From Opitutales bacterium (GTDB lineage: Bacteria > Verrucomicrobiota > Verrucomicrobiia > Opitutales > UBA953), in contig CAXNMQ010000007.1 in assembly GCA_964203605.1 (NCBI GenBank), forward strand, positions 5,342-69,341: 64,000 nucleotides of DNA, in the 5' to 3' direction. Positions within the stretch are counted from its first letter, which is position 1, and every line of letters begins with the position of its first letter. Positions 30,259 through 38,906 of the stretch are shown piece after piece. A program made the position numbers and the translations under genes. Under the pieces are notes generated by a model that was given only the letters and a program-made list of their open reading frames with translations, was not told the DNA's origin and searched no databases.

Positions 30259-31187
30259 CCTTCCTGCATCCCCAATGGCTGGCGCTACTGGCCCTCCCGG
30301 TCATCCTGGCCTTCTGGGAGTGGGTGCGCCCCGGTCAGCCCCTTGCGATGCCTTACGACGGCGGCAAGGGCCGTCGCGGCTGGTTCCTGCGTTGCCTCGT
30401 GCTCGTCGCCAACTGCCTACCGGCTGGCCTGCTCGCTATCGCCGTGCTGTTCCTCGCGCATCCGATCACCTTCCAGCCGCCGGAAGTCGAGCGCCAGCTG
30501 ACCAATATCCAGGTCGTGCTCGACACCTCGGGCAGCATGCGGGGCACGCATGGCGACCAGAGCAAAAGCAGGCATAGCCGTTTTGACTCCGCCATGGAGT
30601 CTCTCGAGAAGTTCCTGCGCCATCGCAAGGGCGATGCCTTCGGCCTGACGATCTTCTCGCGCAACTTCATCCACTGGGTGCCCCTGACGTTGGACACCGA
30701 GACCATCATGCTCTCGCGTCCGTTCATCACGCCCAACGTGCTACCCGACGAGCTCTGGGGCGGAACTTTCATCGGTAACGCCCTTTACGGGGCCTCGGCC
30801 CACCTCGCCGAGCGACCCGTCGGCGACCGGATGATCATCCTGATCACCGACGGCGAGAGTCCTGATATCAAATCGCCGAAGGACGTGCCTATCATCGCCG
30901 ACCTTAAGGAGAAGGGAGTCATCGTCTTCGCCGTGCTCATGACGGACATCCCCGTGGACCCCGCGCTTATCGGCATCGCCCGCTCGTCCGGTGGCGAGGC
31001 CTTCAATGCCGTCACCCCGGACGCCCTGAATGCCGTCTTCAAGCGCATCGACGAGATGAAGAAGGTCGTTGTCCTCGAGAAGAAGCCCCGGGCCGCCGAT
31101 TATTACGACCCGTTCTTCCTGCCGGCGCTCGGCCTGCTCGCCGCGGCCGTCTTCGCGCTCTTCGGCCTCCGCTTCACGCCCTGGTAA
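30255..31187 (+). CDS. VWA domain membrane protein, BatA-like
   Basis: 310-aa ORF with ATG at 30255 overlapping the upstream stop (ATGA). MTFLHPQWLALLALPVILAFWEW, MIDAS VLDTSGSM, GGTFIGNAL, LITDGES, C-terminal TM helix. Confidence 0.9.
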   Translation: MTFLHPQWLALLALPVILAFWEWVRPGQPLAMPYDGGKGRRGWFLRCLVLVANCLPAGLLAIAVLFLAHPITFQPPEVERQLTNIQVVLDTSGSMRGTHGDQSKSRHSRFDSAMESLEKFLRHRKGDAFGLTIFSRNFIHWVPLTLDTETIMLSRPFITPNVLPDELWGGTFIGNALYGASAHLAERPVGDRMIILITDGESPDIKSPKDVPIIADLKEKGVIVFAVLMTDIPVDPALIGIARSSGGEAFNAVTPDALNAVFKRIDEMKKVVVLEKKPRAADYYDPFFLPALGLLAAAVFALFGLRFTPW

Positions 31188-31193
31188 AACAAG

Positions 31194-31217
31194 AAGGCCG
31201 CCCGGGTGGGCGGCCTT
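31194..31217. terminator. bidirectional hairpin between convergent batA-like and autotransporter genes
   Basis: AAGGCCGCCC-gggt-GGGCGGCCTT, a perfect 10-bp stem. A-run upstream on the plus strand, so TTGTTTT follows it on the minus strand. Confidence 0.65.
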
Positions 31218-31238
31218 CGGACCGACTCTGCCGACCGC

Positions 31239-34200
31239 TTAGAAGCGGAAGGAGTAGTTGGCCTTGATCTGGTGGGCAGACTTCACGTCGGCACCGGTGT
31301 GGTAGTCGTAGCTCACGCCGGCGGAGCGGCCTTCGCCGAGTCCGAGGTTGAAGCCAATGCCACCGCGCAGGAGGTCCTGACTGGCACCGAAGGTGCGGAC
31401 CGCGAACGACGTGGGGGAGGCCGCATCCGCGAAGCTCGCGTTGAGGGTATCGCCATCGGTGGTGAGGGCGTGCTCATAGGCGACGTTCAGCGATACCGTG
31501 ACGTTTTCGTCGAGCTTGATGCCGTAGCTCATACCGACTTCGGCGGTGACGTCCGACTGCTTGGCCGCAGCCACGTTGAGGTTGGCGCCCGTACCGACTT
31601 CGGTGAAGGCGTCGCTCTCGGCGATATTGCGGCTAAGCGCGACGTAGGGGACGATGGCGCCGAGCTTGGTGAAGCTCATGCGGGCCGACAGCGTGGTGGA
31701 TTCGATATTCTGGTTGCTGAACGACTGGCCGGAACGTGATCCGCTGGCCTTCAGTTCGCCTCTGACGATGCCGACATCCAGACGGCCGAGCGCCCATTCA
31801 GTGCCGAACCCGAGGCCGTAAGATTCACCCGAAGCTTCCGAAGCGAAGCCCGACGCGGAGGTCTTGCCGTCATTGTTGGCGAACAGCACGGAGAAGACCG
31901 AGGCGGTGCCCACCTTGCGGCTGAGCAGAGCGTAGGTCGAGTTCACGTCGAACGCGCCGTTGAGCGTGGTCGTCGAGGCCGTGGAGGTGGACTGCTGCTG
32001 GTCGTAGCCGAGCTGAGCGTTCCACGTGTCACCGAAGGCCTGGGCTCCGGCGAGGGAGCGGGCCAGGGAGTAGGTGTTGCGGGAGGCCATCACGAGCGAC
32101 GTGCCATACGGCTCAGGGGAGAGCGCGTCGAGGGCGGTGTCCACGTTGGCGGCGCCGAGGAAGGCGACCGTCGCAGCACCCATCTCGCCGGAGGCGATGA
32201 AGGCCTTGCTGGTGGCGAGGACCGCGGTGCCGTTCTTGATCACCTGGCCGTCGGTGAGGCCGTTCGCGTAGAGTACGGTGGCGATCGCCTTGCGGTTGGT
32301 GTCGGTCGTCAGGTCGGCGAACGTCTGGGTTTCGGTGATGCCGGAACCGTGGATGCGGCCCGTGGCGTTGTTGAAGAACACCTGCGAGGTCTGCGTGCCA
32401 CGGTCGAGGTTCGTGAACGAACCCGAGTAGGCGAGGGCGCTGACGGCGAGGACAGACTGCGTGCGGGTCAGGTCGTAGGTGCCGCCGGTCTTCGTGACCA
32501 TCAGGGTGCTGCCGGCCTGGAAGGTCGCGGTGCCCGAGACGACCACCTGGTCATGCTGCGTGTTCGCGGTCAGGCCCCAGACTTCGATGTCGAGCGTGCC
32601 GGCTTCGAGGTAGTTGCCACTGATCGTGGTCGTGCCAGGGGAGTTGCCCGGCGCGAGCGTGCCGAGGTTGGTCAGGTTGCCGTTGATTGTCACGGTGCCG
32701 CCGAAACTGTTACCCTTGAGGATGCGAACCGACGAGGCGAGCGAGCCATTGACGACGAGCTTTCCCTTGGCGACGTTCGTGTCGCCGGTGTAGGTGTTGA
32801 CGCCGGTGAGGGTCAGGGTGCCCGTGCCGTTCTTCCAGAGGCCGCCCGTGCCGCCGATGGCGCCCGAGGCGGTGGTGCTACCGGTGATATCGAAGACTCC
32901 GCCCGTGCCGGCAAGGGTCACGGCGTCGGTGATGGTTCCGCCGTTGGCGACGATGCTGCCGCCGTTGGTCAGCGTAACGGAGTTCCGATTCCGGTGCGCG
33001 ACGTCGCGAGCCGAGTCGCTTGTTGAGGGCGATGAACTGGCCGCCTTCGACGAGGGTGGCCGCGTTGGCGCCGGTGGCGGCGGCGTGGTTCTGGGTGGCC
33101 ACGAGGAACCACTGGCTACCGACGATGCCATCATTGACGATCGTGGTGATGTCGATGATGCCGGAGTGCTCTTCGTCGAGCGTCTGGAAGTTGACGGCGC
33201 CCGTGGTAAAGCGGGTGCGATCGGATTCAAAGATCTGCACGGCGCTGGCCTCGCGTTGAGCCTGGGTGCCAAGGGTGTGGTCGACGATCCAGTGCTTGGC
33301 GACATAGGAGCTATTACCCGGGTCTTCCTGAATGTAGAGTTTGTTGTCGTCGCCGATGGTCAGGTTGTCGAAGCTACGGGCCTGCGGCGCCGTCTAGACC
33401 CAGTGATGTTCTTCGAGTCGACGATGACCTTGATGGAGCCGCCCGTGGTCAGGATGCCGTCGGACGTGCGTGCTATTGAAGTCGAGTTGGTAGATCTTGG
33501 AGGTGACGGATACGCTGTTAACCGTCGCACCCGTGGTGGCGAAGATCAGGGAATTCTCGTCGACCCAATGAGCGTCTTCAGGGCGAGCGAACTGGGTTAC
33601 GCCGGCGGCGCAGCGAGGCGGTCTGGAACTCGGCTCCGGTCTTGTGCGGCGATGGTCCCATTGGTCGAAGATCGGGGCGAGGGCGAAGGTGCCGTTGATG
33701 CCGGAGGCGTTCTCGAGCGTGACGGCGCCGGTATAGCCCGTGACGCCGGTCAGTTCACCTTGACGCCGTAGAGTCTGGCCGTTCGTGAGGCCGGCCTTCT
33801 GGACCGCGTTGCCGGTGTTGGTCTTGGTGCCGATGTAAACATAGACTTCGCCAGGGGTCGTGTCATCCGTGCCGACGACGACAGTCTGGAGAAGGTTGGC
33901 CGCGCCCGGGGTCGAGCCGTAGTTGGAGCGGGCGAGGAGGTTCTCGTAGGAATACTTACCGTGGTGCGGGAGTTCGTAGGCCTTGCCGACTTCACCCGCA
34001 GCACCCGTGGCGATGCAGGCGAAGGCCTTTGCCTTCGGCGCCGGTTTCTTCGCCGTTCAGGAAGATCAGGCCATCGTAGCCCGTCGAGGTGCTCGCATCC
34101 CAGAAGGCGCTGAGCTTCGGGAGGTCTGCGGCACAGGGGCGGAGGTAGGCATAGGCGGTGGCGGGAGCAGCCCAGGTGGTTCCGTTCCACATCATCTGGT

Positions 34201-34599
34201 TGAGGCGCGGAGGTCACGAAGTCGCCGCCGGAGACGACCTGCCAGGTCGAGGTGTTGATCACCCACTTGGAGACGAAGCCGCCAGCTGCGCCGTGGGCGC
34301 GGGCGGTGCCCTGGAGGACGCACAGTGGTGATAGTCTGAGTGGCGCCGATTTCGTGGTTGGCGAGGACGGTCATCGTGCCGTCGCCGTTCGAGTAAGCAC
34401 CGAGACCGTCAGGGATACCGGCCATCAGGTAGCCGCCGATGCCGTCGCCCACCGTCAGGAGAGAGGTGGCGGACCAGCCCGGTGAGGTCGGAGTGAGGTA
34501 AGAGGTCTGGGAGCTAGACGGGCCCTGAATCACGCTCTGTGCGGAGAGCGAGACGGTGGTAGCCGCGGCGACGAGGAACAAACGTGCGATGTTTTTCAT
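31239..34599 (-). pseudogene. autotransporter (signal peptide, DUF839/PhoX-like beta-propeller passenger, PATR repeats, C-terminal beta-barrel) with many frame breaks in the passenger region
   Basis: ATG at 34599 (MKNIARLFLVAAATTVSLSAQS...GIPDGLGAYSNGDGTMTVLANHE). Coding signal then hops between frames through 34320-33000 (ORFs 33750..34262, 33992..34195, 32878..33240 and unlisted pieces). Clean from about 32990 down: GTLTLTGVNTYTGDTNVAKGKLVVNGSL (autotransporter-associated beta-strand repeat) and a beta-barrel ending ...IKANYSFRF. Confidence 0.75.
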
Positions 34600-34796
34600 G
34601 GGTAGGGACGAGCACCTTACCTTTACGTCTCAACGGAACGGCGTCAGATTTGTGTCGGCAGCGTCATACACCGAAAGGTCACTTCTGCCGCAAACGACAC
34701 AAGCGGCGTGCGACCGTGACAAGCGCAGTCATTCGGTAATCAAGCCGACATTAATACGACACGCCTGACACCTTCGTCACCGAACCGTCGCCTTTG

Positions 34797-35579
34797 TCAC
34801 TTCATCATCGCCAATCCGCGGAACGCGAAGGCCATTCCGAGGGCGATGAGAAGATAAGAAGAGACGTAAGGGGCGCGATGCGCGACGCGACTGAACCAGC
34901 CGGACTTCTCGGCGAGCTTCTGGAAGCCCCACGACGCGAGCACGCCGACGGAGATCATCGTGAGCGCGAGTCCGAAGCTGAACGCGGCGACGATGCTGAA
35001 GCCGAGAGAGAATTCCTTGAGCTGCAGACAGACGATCAGAATCGAAACCGCGGCGGGGCAGGGCATGAGGCCGCCGGTCAGGCCGAAGATTACAATCTGT
35101 CCGGTGGTGACCTGCCGGTTCGCGAAACGTTTCTGGATATCCGCCGCGTGCGCTCGGGCGTGCGCATCCTCGTCCTCATGGCCGTGATGATGGTCGTGAC
35201 TGTGGTCGCCTTCGCCGTGATGATGGTGGTGATGTCCTTGCTCTTCGCGCAGGCGCATGATCGTCCACACCGCCATGCCGATGACGATGAGTCCGCTGAT
35301 AAGGAGAAAGTAAGGTTCGGTCTGCTCGACGTTCCAGTGGGAGCCGTATTGGAGCGCGAGGCCGGCGAGGATCCAGATGATGAGCGTGTGCGAGAGCGCG
35401 GCGCAGAAACCGAGCAGGGCGGCCTGCCAGGCCGTCCCACGAACGGCGATGATGAAGGCCGCCATCATGGTCTTCGAATGGCCGGGTTCGAGCCCGTGCA
35501 GCGCCCCGAGGAGAATGGCTACCGGGATGTAGAGCCAGGCATGGGCGGTGCCCTGTTGCAGCAGCTGCGAGAAGTCCAT
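34797..35579 (-). CDS. nickel/cobalt efflux transporter (NicO/RcnA family) with a His-rich loop
   Basis: 260-aa ORF with ATG at 35579. HGLEPGHSKTMM motif, loop HHHHHHGEGDHSHDHHHGHEDEDAHARAHA, GGLMPCPAAV. Confidence 0.85.
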   Translation of the reverse strand: MDFSQLLQQGTAHAWLYIPVAILLGALHGLEPGHSKTMMAAFIIAVRGTAWQAALLGFCAALSHTLIIWILAGLALQYGSHWNVEQTEPYFLLISGLIVIGMAVWTIMRLREEQGHHHHHHGEGDHSHDHHHGHEDEDAHARAHAADIQKRFANRQVTTGQIVIFGLTGGLMPCPAAVSILIVCLQLKEFSLGFSIVAAFSFGLALTMISVGVLASWGFQKLAEKSGWFSRVAHRAPYVSSYLLIALGMAFAFRGLAMMK

Positions 35580-35623
35580 CGCCCGAGGCTAGGGACGGGC
35601 CGGGGTCTGTCCACCCCGATGCT

Positions 35624-36832
35624 TCAGCCCGTGATGGTCGGAATCTTTAGAGACTGGCCGCCGTTGAGCGCGGACTGGTGAGCAATCATGCCCGGTACCG
35701 TGTAAGCGAGGGCTTCGTCGATCCCGACGAACGGTTTGCGGCCCTTGGCGATTGCATCGATGAACTCGTGCGTGATGAAGCAATGCGAGCCTTCGTGGCC
35801 GCTGTCGTGTCGGAGCGGCTCAGGAAGCATGTCGGTCTTCCACCATTTGACCTCCGCGTATTTCTCGAGAATCTGCGACGAACGTTCGAAGCCACCGCTG
35901 TCCTTTTCGCTCTTCGTCTCGGCCCGGACAATCGAGGGGCCGGTGGTGCCGGTGGGGTCGCTGAAATAGAAACTCATCTTGTCGCCGAAATAGCGGGCGC
36001 GTTCGCCGCCTTTCTGGGCGCCCCGCCACCAGATCGCCACGCGCATGCTGTTCCCGCGGTCGGTGCGGAAAAGCGCGGTCTCGGTCCAGAAGGGGTTGTG
36101 ATAGGCGTTGTCCTTCACGATTGGGTGGTCGTCGCCCCAGCCGTGGCAGACGACTTCCGTCAGCCGTTCGCCCGTGACGCTGAGGAGGTGCGAGGTGCAG
36201 TGGGTTGGGTAATGCATCGGCGGCAGGCCGTGACGCCAGGTGCGCTTGCCGTTCTCGAAGTAGAGCGTCTCGAGTCCGGGGTGATGGTACTCTGATTCGG
36301 TATAGTAAAGGTGACCGAAGCGGCCTTCGGCGTGGAACTTGCGGGCCGAGATCGTGAGCTGCTGCCAGCAGCTGGTCTCGCCCATCATGTAGGTGAGTCC
36401 GGATTTCTTGACCCCACCAGCGAGCTGGCCGCATTCCTCGAGCGTCATCGCGGCGGGCACGGCGCTGAGCACGTGCTTGCCCGCGGCCAGGCAGAGGAGG
36501 GTATGACGGACGTGATCCGGCGCCGGTGTCGCGAGGAAGACCGCCTCGACCTTGGGGTCCTTGAGCATCTCCTCGAGCGAAGGGTATCCCTTGGCGCACT
36601 TGTAGACTTTCTGCAGCGCCGCGAGGCGCTCGGGACGGAGTTCGGCCACCGCCTCGACGACGCAGTCTGGGTGCTCATGGAATTGGAAGCTGAGGCCAAA
36701 GCGGCCGCCGACGATCGCCACGCGGACTTTGCGGGCCGGGGCGGTGAAGCCGACCTGGCCGAAGAGGGAAGTCGATGCCAAGGTGGCACCCAGCAACGTG
36801 CTTTGGCGGAGGAAGTCGCGACGGGTACTCAT
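35624..36832 (-). CDS. Gfo/Idh/MocA-family oxidoreductase with a twin-arginine signal
   Basis: 402-aa ORF with ATG at 36832. MSTRRDFLRQSTLLGATLA; Rossmann start VRVAIVGGRFG; typical PVC periplasmic dehydrogenase architecture. Confidence 0.85.
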   Translation of the reverse strand: MSTRRDFLRQSTLLGATLASTSLFGQVGFTAPARKVRVAIVGGRFGLSFQFHEHPDCVVEAVAELRPERLAALQKVYKCAKGYPSLEEMLKDPKVEAVFLATPAPDHVRHTLLCLAAGKHVLSAVPAAMTLEECGQLAGGVKKSGLTYMMGETSCWQQLTISARKFHAEGRFGHLYYTESEYHHPGLETLYFENGKRTWRHGLPPMHYPTHCTSHLLSVTGERLTEVVCHGWGDDHPIVKDNAYHNPFWTETALFRTDRGNSMRVAIWWRGAQKGGERARYFGDKMSFYFSDPTGTTGPSIVRAETKSEKDSGGFERSSQILEKYAEVKWWKTDMLPEPLRHDSGHEGSHCFITHEFIDAIAKGRKPFVGIDEALAYTVPGMIAHQSALNGGQSLKIPTITG

Positions 36833-36932
36833 GGGGGTGACATCATCCTTGCACCTCGTTCTTTGCCTGCAATCCGTGGTATGGATTGAAGTCGGTCATT
36901 GCGGTCTCCGTGGACGTATTCAGAAGTATCTT

Positions 36933-38061
36933 ATGAATCCGCCCCTAGGTTCGTCGCTCCGTCGTATTTGGCCGTTATTCGCCGCGGTCGCTCTGTGCGC
37001 CCAGACGGCCCAGGTGCTCGAGACGAAGACGATCACGCCGCCCGAAGAACCCTATGCCGGCTGGTCGACGCTGGCGCGCCGCGCTAACGGTGAGCTCTGG
37101 GTCAGTTGGTCCGGCGGCCGCGACGGCCATATCTGTCCGCTCGGGCAGGTGAAGGCGATGACCTCCAAGGATGACGGCGCGACGTGGACCTACCCGCGTG
37201 TGCTCCTCGACGGCCCAATCGACGACCGCGACAGCGGCGTGATGGAGACCGCCAAAGGGACGCTGCTCGTCACGACGTTCACGTCTCTGGCCTACGAAGA
37301 ACGCGGCCTGCTCGCGAAGCAGACTCCGGAACGTCAGGCCCGCTGGAAAGCGGCGCAGGACCGTCTGACGGCCGAGGAGCGCAAAGCCCAGCTCGGCGAA
37401 TGGGTGCTGCGCTCGACGGATGGCGGCAAGACTTGGTCGCCGCCCATCGCTACCATCGTCAACAGTCCGCACGGCCCGACGCAGCTGAAGGACGGTCGCC
37501 TCCTCTACGTCGGCAAGCAGCTCTGGAATACTGACGGCAAGATCGGCGTGGCCGAATCGAAGGACGATGGCCTCACCTGGACCTGGTTGAGCGAGATTCC
37601 GACCCGCCCCGGCGATGAAGTGAAGAAGGGCTATCATGAACTCTTTGCGATCGAGACGGACGACGGGCGCATCGTCGCCCAGATCCGTAACCATAACAAA
37701 CCCGACGTCGGCACGACGCTGCAGTGCGAATCAAGTGACGGCGGCAAGACCTGGACCGTGCCGAAGGCGATCGGCGTCTGGGGCCTACCTTCGCAGCTCC
37801 TCAAGCTCAACGATGGCCGGCTTGGTCATGACTTACGGCTATCGTCGCAAGCCCTTTGGCAATCAGGCGCGCATCAGTGCGGACCAAGGCCGGACCTGGA
37901 GTGAACCGCTGACCGTCTCCGCCGACGGCGAAGGCTACGACCTCGGCTATCCGGCGACGGTCGAACTCGCCGACGGCACGCTGCTCACCGTCTGGTATGA
38001 ATTCCAGAAGGCCGCGGGCAAGGCCGTGCTCCGCCAGGCGAAGTGGAAGCTGGGGAAGTAA
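36933..38061 (+). pseudogene. BNR/Asp-box repeat sialidase-like glycoside hydrolase, one +1 frame break at about 37820-37826
   Basis: ATG at 36933 (MNPPLGSSLRRIWPLFAAVALCAQTAQ). Five SxDxGxTW boxes (SKDDGATW, STDGGKTW, SKDDGLTW, SSDGGKTW, SADQGRTW). ORFs 36729..37904 and 37636..38061 join as LKLNDGRL|VMTYGYRRKPFG if one G of cttGGtc is removed. Confidence 0.82.
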
Positions 38062-38129
38062 GCGCGGCTATGCCGCGCGGGGTACTGCTGGCACGGTGAA
38101 CTGCTGCGAAGCAGCGCGCTGAGCGCGGC

Positions 38130-38375
38130 TCAGAGCCCAAACCCTTGGGACTTGCGGACGTCGCCGACGTACCAGTTCTCGAGCTTCTCGCGGGCCCAGG
38201 GGGTCTTGCGCAGGAAGGTGAGCGACGACTTGATCGTCGGGTCGAACATGAAGCAGCGGATCGGGATGCGGTGGGCGAGTTCCTGCCAGCCGTATTTTGC
38301 GACCATCGACTCGAGGAGCTTCTGCAGGGTGACGCCGTGCAGGGGATCGCGGTGAGGGGGACGTTCGTCGGGCAT
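38130..38375 (-). CDS. DUF2132 (VF530-like) small helical protein
   Basis: ORF 38130..38510; ATG at 38375 gives an 81-aa protein [69 protein letters not shown], matching the DUF2132 pattern as I remember it. Lies 5 nt downstream of the preceding gene. Confidence 0.7.
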   Translation of the reverse strand: MPDERPPHRDPLHGVTLQKLLESMVAKYGWQELAHRIPIRCFMFDPTIKSSLTFLRKTPWAREKLENWYVGDVRKSQGFGL

Positions 38376-38380
38376 GGTGT

Positions 38381-38803
38381 TCAGGCAGCGCAGCGCTTGA
38401 GGAAGACCAGCTGGGCGATGGCCACGATCTTCGGGGGCATCAGGCGCGGACGGATGATCGCCGGGTCGGTCGAGTGGCTCGTCACTTCGAAGAGGCCATT
38501 GTAGAACCATTTACCGCCTTCGGTGCGACGGACGTAGACCGGGAGCGGGCCGCGGGTCTCGGCGAGTCGGATGCCCCACTTGGCCTGGTCGCCTTTGCGG
38601 CCGACCCAGACTTCGCACGGTTCGCTGTCGGCGCGCGGATTCCAGCCGAGGCCCAGGCAGACGCCGATGACCTCGGTGCCCTTATGGATGACGAAGTTCG
38701 GGGGCTTCGGGTCGCCGCCGAGGAAGGCACGGACTTCATCGAACTCGTAACCTTCGCCGACGACGTGCGGGGCGGGGGTGGGAGAAGGCGAAGCGTCGGA
38801 CAT
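38381..38803 (-). CDS. hypothetical protein
   Basis: ORF 38381..38815 (TTG); ATG at 38803 ([21 protein letters not shown]...[22 protein letters not shown]...). No family confidently recognised. Confidence 0.6.
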   Translation of the reverse strand: MSDASPSPTPAPHVVGEGYEFDEVRAFLGGDPKPPNFVIHKGTEVIGVCLGLGWNPRADSEPCEVWVGRKGDQAKWGIRLAETRGPLPVYVRRTEGGKWFYNGLFEVTSHSTDPAIIRPRLMPPKIVAIAQLVFLKRCAA

Positions 38804-38857
38804 GGCTGAAGGCAATAGGCTGACCGTCCTTGCGGGGGAAGGCTAAATCCCAGTCCA

Positions 38858-38885
38858 ACAAAAAGGCACGCTTGCGCGTGCCTTT
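38858..38885 (-). terminator. rho-independent terminator of aspS
   Basis: Minus-strand sequence GGCACGC-gcaa-GCGTGCC followed by TTTTTGTTGG, about 25 nt after the aspS stop. Confidence 0.75.
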
Positions 38886-38906
38886 CGTCGGGAGCCTGCG
38901 AGGGCC

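Noticed and set aside
32990-33305. Pro/Ser/Thr/Arg-rich N-terminus of the 688-aa ORF, as a possible low-complexity linker of the autotransporter.
   Set aside because: A different frame over the same DNA encodes well-behaved sequence (QIFESDRTRFTTGAVNFQTLDEEHSGIIDITTIVNDG...), so the P/S/T tract is a frame artefact.
35180-35290. His-codon-rich stretch as a DNA-level repeat or insertion.
   Set aside because: It is the in-frame His-rich cytoplasmic loop (HHHHHHGEGDHSHDHHHGHEDED) typical of NicO/RcnA-type Ni/Co transporters.
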